Source: a virus (taxonomy: Duplodnaviria > Caudoviricetes). From it: DNA of 64,000 nucleotides. The DNA is taken from positions 160,001 through 224,000 of IMG/VR virus record IMGVR_UViG_3300028591_000070, one strand, 5' to 3'. The notes beneath the pieces were generated by a model. That model searched no databases and was not told the origin of the DNA. It was given only the letters and a program-made list of their open reading frames with translations. The translations under genes and the position numbers were made by a program. Positions 23,403 through 32,547 of the stretch are shown in pieces. How positions within the stretch are numbered: position 1 is the first letter of the stretch; each line of letters begins with the position of its first letter.

Positions 23403-23789
23403 TGAAAATCTACTCCTCCAAATTAAGTTTTATATTTTAATTAGTACAATCATTAAAAATGATTGATGTATTTATATTAACATACTTTTGAAAAGTATGC
23501 TAAATATTTTCAAAGAAAAGCTCCAAAACTTTCAACTGATTAGAAAGAAAAAAGCTTATGCTAAAGCTCGATCCAACTTGCTACAATAGGGTAAGCTAAG
23601 CTGATTGTCCATACTTTAGTTTCATTAATCGGGGATGCCCGATTAAAGGCAACCTTCCACCACCAAGTTTCATTAATGTTTCTGAGAAGGAAGCTTCAAA
23701 AAACCTGGAAACAAATACCTTATTTAGAATATACTCAAATCTTATAAAAAGTTCAAGTAATTTCTAATGTTTTTCCATTTACAAATAAA

Positions 23790-24155
23790 TGGACTATGTG
23801 GGAATCGAACCCACGTCCGAACTACTCAGCACTAATAGAACTTCTACTAGATGGTGTCTTAGGTTAGTTTTTCTTGGACCTAGCAATATCAACTATAGAA
23901 CTGTTCACTAAAATTGAAGTTGACACAAAATTAGCTACTCGACTCGGTTTAGTAACAACATTTAAGATACTGAGTCTTCCTACTCAAATGCCGTCGGAAA
24001 AGATTATACTCTTCCGATTAAGCTACAAGGCGAGCTGCCTTGCGAGCTGTTCTGCTTGTTCTGTTAGCATTTATTTGGTCTTTGACTAGTTTTTTCTCTA
24101 GGTTCTGCCATCATTCTACCAGCCATTTTATAGCCGTCGAAACCGGGAATAGCCC
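23790..24155 (-). ncRNA. ssrA: tmRNA; tag (A)ANRTSRTARKAARLVA
   Basis: GGGCTAT..TTCGAC 5' end, GACGTGGGTTCGATTCCCACATAGTCCA 3' end, G3:U70, resume context AAATAAAT-GCT. Confidence 0.92.
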
Positions 24156-24201
24156 GAATAATTTTATATTAACACCCTCTTTTCAGAGGGTATTATTTTA
24201 T

Positions 24202-24588
24202 TTAGTTACGAATACCAAGGAAACCAAGTGGACAAGAATATTCTTTACCAGAACCATTTGCAATGCGGAGAATATTCTTAGGACGAGTAGTATTGAAACC
24301 AATAACCTTGTAAGAATGGCCATCATTTCCAAGATACCACTTATCATATTCTACCTTTTTAACCAAGGTGTTCTTCCAATAAGCTTTGCTCTGTTCAGCA
24401 AGCCAAAGTTCTTTTGATGAAGTTTCATCAGTACCAACATTCTTTACTTCCAAACGAGTGTGAAAATCATTTGTATTGTAAGTAATATTACCCAGTCTGA
24501 TAGATACTCCATACTGAGCTTCCAAAGCAGCCACAGCCTTAGCAAAATCTTCTCTAAACTGTGGCAATGTAGTTTTGTTCATTTTCAT
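24202..24588 (-). CDS. hypothetical (putative early) protein
   Basis: GAGGTAAATA leader; 128 aa. Confidence 0.8.
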   Translation of the reverse strand: MKMNKTTLPQFREDFAKAVAALEAQYGVSIRLGNITYNTNDFHTRLEVKNVGTDETSSKELWLAEQSKAYWKNTLVKKVEYDKWYLGNDGHSYKVIGFNTTRPKNILRIANGSGKEYSCPLGFLGIRN

Positions 24589-24644
24589 AGTATTTACCTC
24601 TTATATAGAGTATACCACCATGAAAAGATTTATTCAGAAATATT

Positions 24645-24953
24645 TTATTCTTTTTTAAGTTTATCTTTAATAGATTTAATAAAACTGAGAATATAGCTAT
24701 AACAGAACTGAGCAACACCTACAGTACCAACAGCAATAATAATTGCTCTCAATACACCTGTAGCAACTGAAGTCTTATCAAAAAGAGCTCCTACTAAAGA
24801 AACACCCACACCTACCAAAGCTTCAAAAACAATACCTATAATTGTTTTTACCTTTGGATTCATAGTTGCTATTGGGAACAAATTCTTAACAACATCAACA
24901 TAACCTACAGCAATTACAGATGCAATTAAAACACTCAAAATTAAATTTACCAT
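24645..24953 (-). CDS. membrane protein, holin-like
   Basis: Three TM segments and basic C-terminus; AAGGAG SD before ATG 24953. Confidence 0.55.
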   Translation of the reverse strand: MVNLILSVLIASVIAVGYVDVVKNLFPIATMNPKVKTIIGIVFEALVGVGVSLVGALFDKTSVATGVLRAIIIAVGTVGVAQFCYSYILSFIKSIKDKLKKE

Positions 24954-24975
24954 TATAATTTCTCCTTTATTAAAT

Positions 24976-26040
24976 TTAGTTCTGCAAACAATCAGCAAGT
25001 TCTTTTCCCATATCTGATGAAGCAACCTTTTCAAGGAATTCATGCTGCCAATTTAAGATTTTATTTTTCAACTCGGCATCACCAAAAATCTTAGCATAAT
25101 TTGTTTCAAGATCTTTTCTATTTTTGATATAAACTTCTGGGAATGGGCTAATCACATGCTTAGAGTCAAATGCATCTTCAAAGAAAACAATACAGTCTGC
25201 CATCATAGACTCATATACTCTTCGAGTAACAAATCCATCATTATAATGCTTTTCCTGCATAATACAAGTTGATTTACCTTCAGCATTCTTGGCTATAACT
25301 TCTGTACACTTAACCTTTGCAAACTTTTCACCTTTATAGTTATTAAGTTTTTCAATCTTAAGATTTCCATAAAGAGCCGTCTTCAAATTTGAACAGAAAA
25401 ACTCATTGAATGATTTAATACGAACATCTCTACGAGCACTACCACCATAAATAAAGTCGAATAGTCCTTTATTTGGAACCATCTTTGATTTGTAGTCTCC
25501 ATATAAAACCATTTTTCCAGAGTCAAAATAAACTACATTATCAACTGTCCATTCTTTTGAGTTTTCTTTTCTTGCAAAATCCAAATCCTTAAAAGATGAG
25601 ATAACCATAATAGGCTTATCAATATGAACATCTTCTGGTTTAACATCTTCAAATGTTTTTGATTTCAAAACTTTGCTAAGCTGTGTCGCCTTTAATAAAG
25701 AGTCATTGAAGAAATAATAAAGTTTTGCATTTGTTTTCTTTAAAAACTTAAACAAATAAACTGTATCAGCTGGAACAACACCACCAAAACAGTTGATGGA
25801 CCCATTCATAATGATAATCTGGTCAAACTTATTTGGGTCTGAATAATAAAAACTTTCTACAGGTTTAGAGCGTCCTCCAAAAAGTCCTTGAGGTTTTGCA
25901 GGAGGTTCTTTTTCATTCTGAAGAATTCTGCAGTCCAACCCTTGGCTCTTAAGAAGATTCATAACTCCAATAATTTCATCAGAGTTCGAATTTTTTCCTT
26001 CATAAACTGAACTACCTGCAAGATTACAAATTCCAATCAT
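24976..26040 (-). CDS. bgt: DNA beta-glycosyltransferase (T4 beta-glucosyltransferase homologue)
   Basis: NGSINCFGG, DFIYGGSAR, YNDGFVTRRVYESM, FDSKH match recalled T4 BGT motifs. Confidence 0.85.
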   Translation of the reverse strand: MIGICNLAGSSVYEGKNSNSDEIIGVMNLLKSQGLDCRILQNEKEPPAKPQGLFGGRSKPVESFYYSDPNKFDQIIIMNGSINCFGGVVPADTVYLFKFLKKTNAKLYYFFNDSLLKATQLSKVLKSKTFEDVKPEDVHIDKPIMVISSFKDLDFARKENSKEWTVDNVVYFDSGKMVLYGDYKSKMVPNKGLFDFIYGGSARRDVRIKSFNEFFCSNLKTALYGNLKIEKLNNYKGEKFAKVKCTEVIAKNAEGKSTCIMQEKHYNDGFVTRRVYESMMADCIVFFEDAFDSKHVISPFPEVYIKNRKDLETNYAKIFGDAELKNKILNWQHEFLEKVASSDMGKELADCLQN

Positions 26041-26789
26041 TGTATAATCTCCTTAAATACTTGGATTTCTTTATTTATAAGTTCTCTTGAAAGTCCATTT
26101 TTGATATTAACTTCTAGAGATATCGTCTTTTTATCATCGGCTTTTCTAAGTTGAGAAACAATTTCTTTATAATATTTTATCTCATTATCGGATAATTCTG
26201 AAATAGGCTGTAGTCCAAATCTACTTACATGAATATGATTAATTTGATGAATGCTTTTAGCTAGAGCTTCAATATCTTTATCACCTGATTTAATAAAGCC
26301 ACCAATATCAAAATTAATTTTAAAATTCTTTCGATCAACCATTAGTAATATGGCTAAGCATTCCTTAAAAGAAGTTCCAAAGTTTGTGCCATATTCTTCT
26401 GGATTATTTTCCAAAGCTAAAATAGCATCTTTAGGAATATTATCACAAACATTTCTGAAAAATGTTAATGCTAACATATTTTCTTTAGGAGAAGATACAT
26501 TTCTAAATTTAGGACTTCCAAAAACAAAGTTTTTACAACCAAAATCATTATAATAACTTCTTATTCTAGAAATTAAGATATCTGAATATTTTTCTACATT
26601 TTCGGAAGAAGCAAAAAAGTTATCACAGTCAATACCATTAAATAAAGACTGAGCACTAACCACATTAAGATTTTCTGGACAATATTTATCACAAACAATT
26701 TCAAAGTGGTCTATTCCATTGTCTTTAGCACAGTCAATGATTCCTTCATAATTCTCAGGACTCATCAGGAGACTAATTGCTGGTACCAT
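26037..26789 (-). CDS. sugar phosphate isomerase/epimerase (xylose isomerase-like TIM barrel)
   Basis: VFGSPK.R, LENNP..Y..NF, NFDIG, HIHVS, SLE motifs. Confidence 0.85.
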   Translation of the reverse strand: MVPAISLLMSPENYEGIIDCAKDNGIDHFEIVCDKYCPENLNVVSAQSLFNGIDCDNFFASSENVEKYSDILISRIRSYYNDFGCKNFVFGSPKFRNVSSPKENMLALTFFRNVCDNIPKDAILALENNPEEYGTNFGTSFKECLAILLMVDRKNFKINFDIGGFIKSGDKDIEALAKSIHQINHIHVSRFGLQPISELSDNEIKYYKEIVSQLRKADDKKTISLEVNIKNGLSRELINKEIQVFKEIIQ

Positions 26790-27645
26790 TAATAAACTCC
26801 TTTATTTCTTTTAATAAGTCTTCTTTTAAATAAGAATTTATTCTACCTTCAACCAAAACATTTTTGTAATGTACTGCATTAGGAGACTTAAACAAAGACA
26901 AATTAATGCCACAATTTACAGCAATTTCCTTATTAGTAACTACATCAGAAATAATAGTTACTTCTGGAATATTATTCTCAACAAGGTCAAGAATCTCTTC
27001 TGAAATATATTTTAAGTTGAACCAATAAAAATCGCTATTCATATTTGAAAAGTTGAGACTTGTAAAACCTAAATCCTTAAAGTGTTTTTCAACTTCTTCA
27101 TTCTTTGTTTTTACCTCATAGATTTTCTTTTCAGCATTATATGAATACCAATCTTTAATAGCTGGATCTTTTTCAACTAAGCCATCAAAAACATAATCCT
27201 TAATAAATGTTGGAATTAAGTTTTTCATATCGAAGATCACATTCTTTTTAAGACCTGGACCAAAAATGCCTGGCAATCTTAAAATATGAACATTACCTAA
27301 ATTAAGGCTTTTCTTCACTGAGTTTTCAAAATCAAGGCGATTTTTACCATAAGCATCTTTTGTGAATACATCAATAGTAGAAATCAAAACTGTTTCTTTA
27401 GATGTGATTTTTGAAAGATTGTTATCCAACTTAATGATATTATTTCGATCTTCAAGAGGATTCATATTTGCAAACTGCTTATTTGCAGAAACACCTGAAA
27501 TAATCAATAGGTCAAATTTCTCCCCACTAATCTCACCTATATTTTTGGAATTATATAGCTTCATCTTTTTATATTTATCTTTAAGCTGAGCTAAAATATT
27601 AGAACCAACAAATCCAGTATAACCAATAAGTCCAACATTTTCCAT
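26773..27645 (-). CDS. NAD-dependent sugar epimerase/dehydratase
   Basis: GYTGFVGS, ISTIDV, YGKNR, LRLPGIFG. Confidence 0.88.
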   Translation of the reverse strand: MENVGLIGYTGFVGSNILAQLKDKYKKMKLYNSKNIGEISGEKFDLLIISGVSANKQFANMNPLEDRNNIIKLDNNLSKITSKETVLISTIDVFTKDAYGKNRLDFENSVKKSLNLGNVHILRLPGIFGPGLKKNVIFDMKNLIPTFIKDYVFDGLVEKDPAIKDWYSYNAEKKIYEVKTKNEEVEKHFKDLGFTSLNFSNMNSDFYWFNLKYISEEILDLVENNIPEVTIISDVVTNKEIAVNCGINLSLFKSPNAVHYKNVLVEGRINSYLKEDLLKEIKEFINGTSN

Positions 27646-28751
27646 TATTTCAAAATCCTATCTAAATCATAAATTGTATTTAATTTACCAGAGAAAACTG
27701 TGTAAAATCCAGGATGAGATGGGTAATCTAACACTAAAGTAGGTCGACCATCATCATTTTCATTTGCCTTTAATATAGGCTTTATAGTAATTAGGGACTT
27801 AACAAATTTCATCTCAATATCATCATTAAGATATTTCTTTGCTAATCCATACATTTTATCCCATGCCGTTTCAGGTTTATAAGGGCATTCACCACAAGTA
27901 TTAAAATAATTTTCTTTACATTCTTTATCGTGCTTTTGACAAGAAAGATCTGGAATCTCATTCCAAGATGTCTCATGTGGGGTGAATGTTACAGCAGTTA
28001 ATGAATGTAAACCAGATTTTCCAAATGGCATAACACTAAAGAATGGACCATCCATAACTGTAAGACCAACGTTTTTAATATTATCCGAAACTTCGCAGAG
28101 TAATACCTCACATAATTCATATTTCATTGGAACGAGTGGGAGACCCATTTTTGAAAGAATATTATTTGTGCCAGCATAAGTAGCATTTAATACCCAATAG
28201 CTTGTAAAAATCTCTCCACCTGCAGTAAGTACATAAATTCCATTAATACGAGAAATATCTGTAACTTTGTGATTATAAAGAATATCTACATTTTTACATC
28301 TTAATAAAAGTTCTTCTGCCAATTTATCTCTATCAATAGCATATTCTAAAGTATCATAAAGACCATCAACCATTCCTGGCTTAAAATATTCTGACTCATC
28401 TACTTTGTCACATTTAATGCTAAGTTTATTACAAAACTTAACAAAGTTTTCATTAGTAGTTAATGAATCTTTTGAAGATATAGCATACAACTGCTTAAAG
28501 TCTGAATAAATTGCCGACTTAAAATCATTCATAAATCTAAAAAAATAATCTCTAGATTTTGCGGCTGTTTCTTCACTTCTAGGATAGTGATATCCTGAAT
28601 GTAAGCGAGCTTGATTTATATATGAGCCTCTATTTAATGCTTGGCTCTCAGCTTCCAAAACTAAGACTTTTTTACCTTGTTCTGAAAGTTTAGATGCTGC
28701 ATAAAGACCATAGATGCCCGCACCAATAATAATATTATCATAATTTTTCAT
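27645..28751 (-). CDS. FAD-dependent oxidoreductase (DAO family)
   Basis: IIGAGIYG, NQARLHSGYHYPRS, VMDGPFFS. Confidence 0.9.
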   Translation of the reverse strand: MKNYDNIIIGAGIYGLYAASKLSEQGKKVLVLEAESQALNRGSYINQARLHSGYHYPRSEETAAKSRDYFFRFMNDFKSAIYSDFKQLYAISSKDSLTTNENFVKFCNKLSIKCDKVDESEYFKPGMVDGLYDTLEYAIDRDKLAEELLLRCKNVDILYNHKVTDISRINGIYVLTAGGEIFTSYWVLNATYAGTNNILSKMGLPLVPMKYELCEVLLCEVSDNIKNVGLTVMDGPFFSVMPFGKSGLHSLTAVTFTPHETSWNEIPDLSCQKHDKECKENYFNTCGECPYKPETAWDKMYGLAKKYLNDDIEMKFVKSLITIKPILKANENDDGRPTLVLDYPSHPGFYTVFSGKLNTIYDLDRILK

Positions 28752-28805
28752 ATAAAAATAATATTAACCTCAAACAAAAAAGCTCGGTGAAAACCGAGCT
28801 TAAAA

Positions 28806-29255
28806 TTATTTTAATTTTTCTAAAACTTGTGTGACCATTTCTTTTGGAGATAAAACAGATGAATCTAAATAAATTCTTTTATCCTCGTCGTAAAAAACGT
28901 CAAAAACAAATCTATAAGTTTTCAATCGACTTTCAATGTCTTCCACTGAAAGGTCTTTACCTTTTGGAGCTTCAGGATGAGTACCATCATCAATCTCATT
29001 CTGTCGTCGCTCATATAAGGTTTTTGGGTCGCCATAGCAATAAACAAATAGACATTCACTCTTGTTTAGAACTTCAGCAGACCTTAAAAAACTGGCCCAT
29101 CTGCTTGAATCATATCGATTATAAATTGAATCATAAGCAGCATAACCAGCAGGACCTCGCGGAATTATAATATACTCCCACTTAGTTGCTTTACAGATAC
29201 CACTTATAAGTGTATCTTTACCAGTTCTATCATCACCTTCAATAACTATAAACAT
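28806..29255 (-). CDS. dNMP kinase (thymidylate kinase-like)
   Basis: IEGDDRTGKDT P-loop. Confidence 0.8.
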   Translation of the reverse strand: MFIVIEGDDRTGKDTLISGICKATKWEYIIIPRGPAGYAAYDSIYNRYDSSRWASFLRSAEVLNKSECLFVYCYGDPKTLYERRQNEIDDGTHPEAPKGKDLSVEDIESRLKTYRFVFDVFYDEDKRIYLDSSVLSPKEMVTQVLEKLK

Positions 29256-30064
29256 TATATTCTTGACGCCATATTAAAGTTTTGTTTGTCTTCAACAAAC
29301 TTTTTCAAATCTTCAAAATGTCTTGAATAAAGATGCATAGAATCTGATGTCCATCTAATAACACCAACTTCCAAATCTGGATATGTTTCTTTTAAGTCTT
29401 CATACATATTCTGATAAACAAAACAATTCCAAGCCAAATCGGAACAAATAAAGCCATAACGAATATCATTGGATCTCATCTGATGAACCATATAAAGCTT
29501 ATTTTTGCGAATAAAGAAATGAGAATACATTGTGCAAATCATGTCATGCATTCCATCTTTCTTATAATCTTTATAGATTCCAGGACGATTATACACTATA
29601 ATTGCATTTCTTGTTGTCTTATCTTTTTTCAAAACTTCAAGACAATTATCATACTGTGAACCATTTTCTTCACTGAATACGCACCAACCATAATTTGAAT
29701 TAACAAGTTTCTTTTCATCTTGAGTACAACAAGACTGCCAAGTTGGATTACTCTCAATTCCTTCATGGCCAATAATTGAAAGGTCCATTGACTTATACCA
29801 ATCTAATTCAGACTTAACATACTTTTTAGGTGTTTGGAAATTTTTATCCAAATAAATATAAGGTGAATAAGGGTCTAAATCAACTCTCTTTGCAAGAAGT
29901 TCAACATATCCTTCTTGGCCGGCGGTTTGACTCGCATTCGCACCTGTAGTTACAATATCATTGTTTATAACTTTACTGTAAAGTGGGAATAAAAACTCAG
30001 ATAAAACAATTTGATCATTGTTGCGCGATTTTTCAATCGGTTCTTCTACTTTAAACTTTCTCAT
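29255..30064 (-). CDS. dCMP hydroxymethylase (T4 gp42-like, thymidylate synthase fold)
   Basis: VNSNYGW, GMHDMICT, MRSND..YGF..DLAW with cytosine-specifying Asp, SMHLYSRH. Confidence 0.85.
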   Translation of the reverse strand: MRKFKVEEPIEKSRNNDQIVLSEFLFPLYSKVINNDIVTTGANASQTAGQEGYVELLAKRVDLDPYSPYIYLDKNFQTPKKYVKSELDWYKSMDLSIIGHEGIESNPTWQSCCTQDEKKLVNSNYGWCVFSEENGSQYDNCLEVLKKDKTTRNAIIVYNRPGIYKDYKKDGMHDMICTMYSHFFIRKNKLYMVHQMRSNDIRYGFICSDLAWNCFVYQNMYEDLKETYPDLEVGVIRWTSDSMHLYSRHFEDLKKFVEDKQNFNMASRI

Positions 30065-30074
30065 AATTTCAATA

Positions 30075-30617
30075 TTAACTGAACAAAATGTCAACAAAAG
30101 GTTTTACTTCTTGTTCAAAAATCTCCTCTTTTCCACGGCCTTTTAATTCAATAAGTTTCTTAGTTAATGAAGACTTATTATAAGCGGCTTTAAATCTAGC
30201 AATCTCATCATTCTTTTTGTCAATATCAATAGAGAATGAAAGACCATCATCTCTTTTAATAAGATTTTCAGCTGTCTCTGTAAATACTAAAAGACCAACA
30301 TTTGTTTCTAGATTAGCAGCTTTTTCAAGCTCAAAAACATAGTCGCCATCATAGCCACGATAAATTGGAGAATAAACAGCTTCTCCTAAATGTGAGCGAT
30401 CACAAATAATTAAACAATTTCCATAATCTTTACCAACAATTTCAAACATTTGTTTATAAAGTTCTTCAGAAACTGCTCTTACATCTTTTGCGCCTTTAAT
30501 GTTAGAATAATGCATATAATGCACAGGACAATTATATTTTTCTTCTACATATTTTTTAATAAACTCAATTTGAGTTCCTTTTCCAACGTTATCACAACCT
30601 TCAATCAATAGAGTCAT
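30075..30617 (-). CDS. dNMP kinase (thymidylate kinase-like)
   Basis: IEGCDNVGKGT, DRSHLGEAVY. Confidence 0.85.
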   Translation of the reverse strand: MTLLIEGCDNVGKGTQIEFIKKYVEEKYNCPVHYMHYSNIKGAKDVRAVSEELYKQMFEIVGKDYGNCLIICDRSHLGEAVYSPIYRGYDGDYVFELEKAANLETNVGLLVFTETAENLIKRDDGLSFSIDIDKKNDEIARFKAAYNKSSLTKKLIELKGRGKEEIFEQEVKPFVDILFS

Positions 30618-30876
30618 CTTTTTCTTTCTCCTGCTTTTTCACACCAAGGGATTCTAATACCCACTTTAGAATTTTCTTATTACCTAAATCTTTTTCAATC
30701 TGTTTAATATTTACAGTACTAACACCATTTGTAAGGTCCTGTAATATATATGAGTGCTTTCCTTTAACAACTCGCCAATGAGCTTTTTCTTTATACTCTA
30801 CTATAATAGTATCTGTACCATAATCAATTAAACGATAGTCTGCATAATCTAGGTCTCTTATAGTTTTTTCAATCAT
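30601..30876 (-). CDS. hypothetical protein
   Basis: 91-aa ORF after GTTAATAT. Confidence 0.7.
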   Translation of the reverse strand: MIEKTIRDLDYADYRLIDYGTDTIIVEYKEKAHWRVVKGKHSYILQDLTNGVSTVNIKQIEKDLGNKKILKWVLESLGVKKQEKEKDDSID

Positions 30877-30970
30877 ATTAAAAATATTAACTTTAAAAAT
30901 AAAAAAGAGGACTAGCCAACGACCAGTCCTCTTTGGGAGGTAAACTATACACGTTTTTTAAATATATTTT

Positions 30971-31189
30971 TTACATATTGGCACAGTTAATGCCGAATAA
31001 ATTTCTAATATGCATAATCGCCATAGGATTTACACGAGCTGTAATAACATACTTTTGATTGCATTTATCACAGCATCTCATCTGTTCTCCATTTGGCTTG
31101 CCTTCTTCGCAGTGAATGGCATCAGGATAAATAGGCCAAGTTGAATTACCATAACCTTTAAATTCTTCACCGCAAAAGCAGCATTTCAT
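30971..31189 (-). CDS. small zinc-binding protein
   Basis: CCFCG..GYGN..P..RCCDKCN. Confidence 0.75.
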   Translation of the reverse strand: MKCCFCGEEFKGYGNSTWPIYPDAIHCEEGKPNGEQMRCCDKCNQKYVITARVNPMAIMHIRNLFGINCANM

Positions 31190-31190
31190 A

Positions 31191-31562
31191 TTACCAAACC
31201 TCGCTATTTGTTACTTCATGATCTGAATATCTTGCGTAAGGATTATTCATATATTCTTCAAGCCAGTCCCATATCATGGAATATGCACCTGCTGGAATAA
31301 ACCAGTCCTGGCCATAATCAATATAAAGACCAACTTCTTTCTGATCTCCAAGATTCTTTACTGTAGGCTTATCTTTAAGAAGATTCTCAACGTACCAGCC
31401 TGGAGTCATCTGATACCAAGGAGCACTTCCATCTTCTTTTGTCTGCTTAATTAAAAAATGAACAGTTGGCTTACAAGGTGTTCCATCACAATCTGTTTCA
31501 AAAACAGCAAAACCATATTTTGGTGTAACCATCTGAACTGATGTTGCCTTCTTAATATCCAT
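31191..31562 (-). CDS. hypothetical (putative early) protein
   Basis: GAGGTAAATA leader. Confidence 0.8.
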   Translation of the reverse strand: MDIKKATSVQMVTPKYGFAVFETDCDGTPCKPTVHFLIKQTKEDGSAPWYQMTPGWYVENLLKDKPTVKNLGDQKEVGLYIDYGQDWFIPAGAYSMIWDWLEEYMNNPYARYSDHEVTNSEVW

Positions 31563-31611
31563 AATATTTACCTCTTATAAAGATAATACCAAAATTACTG
31601 ATAAAGTTCAA

Positions 31612-32103
31612 TTAAACTTTGAACTTAAGATATTCAAGGCTAAGAGTACCTGCCCATTTACCATCACTACCAAAGTAAAGAGCGCAGCTATCACCACCCC
31701 AAACAAAATACTCAGATTTCTGTTTACCTTTTTTGATTTGAGTAAAGAAATATTTCTTTGCAGATTCTTCTGTGGTAAAAACCTTAATTCCTGCAGCTTT
31801 AGTAAGCTCAATATCCTCTGGAGAAAGAGTTGCATATTGAATTCCCCAACGTGGAGAATTATAATAACAAGAGTCAAATGTTCCAGCATACCAAATCTTT
31901 TTTCTAGCGGCAGAAGATGCTTCTTCAAAAGCAGAGTCAATAATATCCATGTTGAGGATATTGCTGCGAACAAGACCTTCTTTCTTATAAATGAAAGAAA
32001 TAAAAATATTATCTACAGCATTAATTGTAGCATCATCATAGCGCTGACCACCTTTTGTATGAATGCTATATGTTTTTCCGATTTCAAAAATTGATTTTTC
32101 CAT
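31612..32103 (-). CDS. hypothetical (putative early) protein
   Basis: GAGGTAAATA leader. Confidence 0.8.
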   Translation of the reverse strand: MEKSIFEIGKTYSIHTKGGQRYDDATINAVDNIFISFIYKKEGLVRSNILNMDIIDSAFEEASSAARKKIWYAGTFDSCYYNSPRWGIQYATLSPEDIELTKAAGIKVFTTEESAKKYFFTQIKKGKQKSEYFVWGGDSCALYFGSDGKWAGTLSLEYLKFKV

Positions 32104-32192
32104 AGTATTTACCTCTTATGTAGAATATACTACTAAAGATTAAATCGTTCAATAAAAAGAGGACCAACTTATTAGGTCCTCTTTAGTTTTAA

Positions 32193-32498
32193 TTAACTTC
32201 GAAATTTTTCAATTGGAATATCGGTTGCATGCTTTTTATCGTATTCATTGAATTCATCTGGATGATTTGTAAAAAAGTCATAGATTTCTGCTTCACTTTT
32301 TCCTTTAGTAAACTCTTCTGCATCTTTTTTACATTTTGTCATATCTGTACAATGACCTGTCCATAAATCCATGTAATAGTCATGTTCATCACTAAGAGTG
32401 AAGTTTGCAGTCCACTTAGATGGATGATAAGCCATCTTAATAACTTTTAATGAGAATGTGTTCTCAATCAAAGAAATAAACTCTTTTCTTCCAATCAT
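32193..32498 (-). CDS. hypothetical protein
   Basis: GAGGTG SD before ATG 32498. Confidence 0.7.
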   Translation of the reverse strand: MIGRKEFISLIENTFSLKVIKMAYHPSKWTANFTLSDEHDYYMDLWTGHCTDMTKCKKDAEEFTKGKSEAEIYDFFTNHPDEFNEYDKKHATDIPIEKFRS

Positions 32499-32547
32499 TA
32501 TAACCACCTCTTAATAAGATTTATTTATTATATGATATACCTGAATA

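Noticed and set aside
8592-24417. ORF-track calls over RNA genes (8592, 8662, 10767, 16057, 16073, 19148, 21367, 21370, 21578, 21757, 23874, 24040)
   Set aside because: They lie on or antisense to tRNA, Y RNA, tmRNA or structured ncRNA; non-ATG starts or no SD.
29255-30064. Canonical thymidylate synthase thyA
   Set aside because: Asp replaces the dUMP-specifying Asn, motifs match T4 gp42, and a BGT homologue is in the same cluster.
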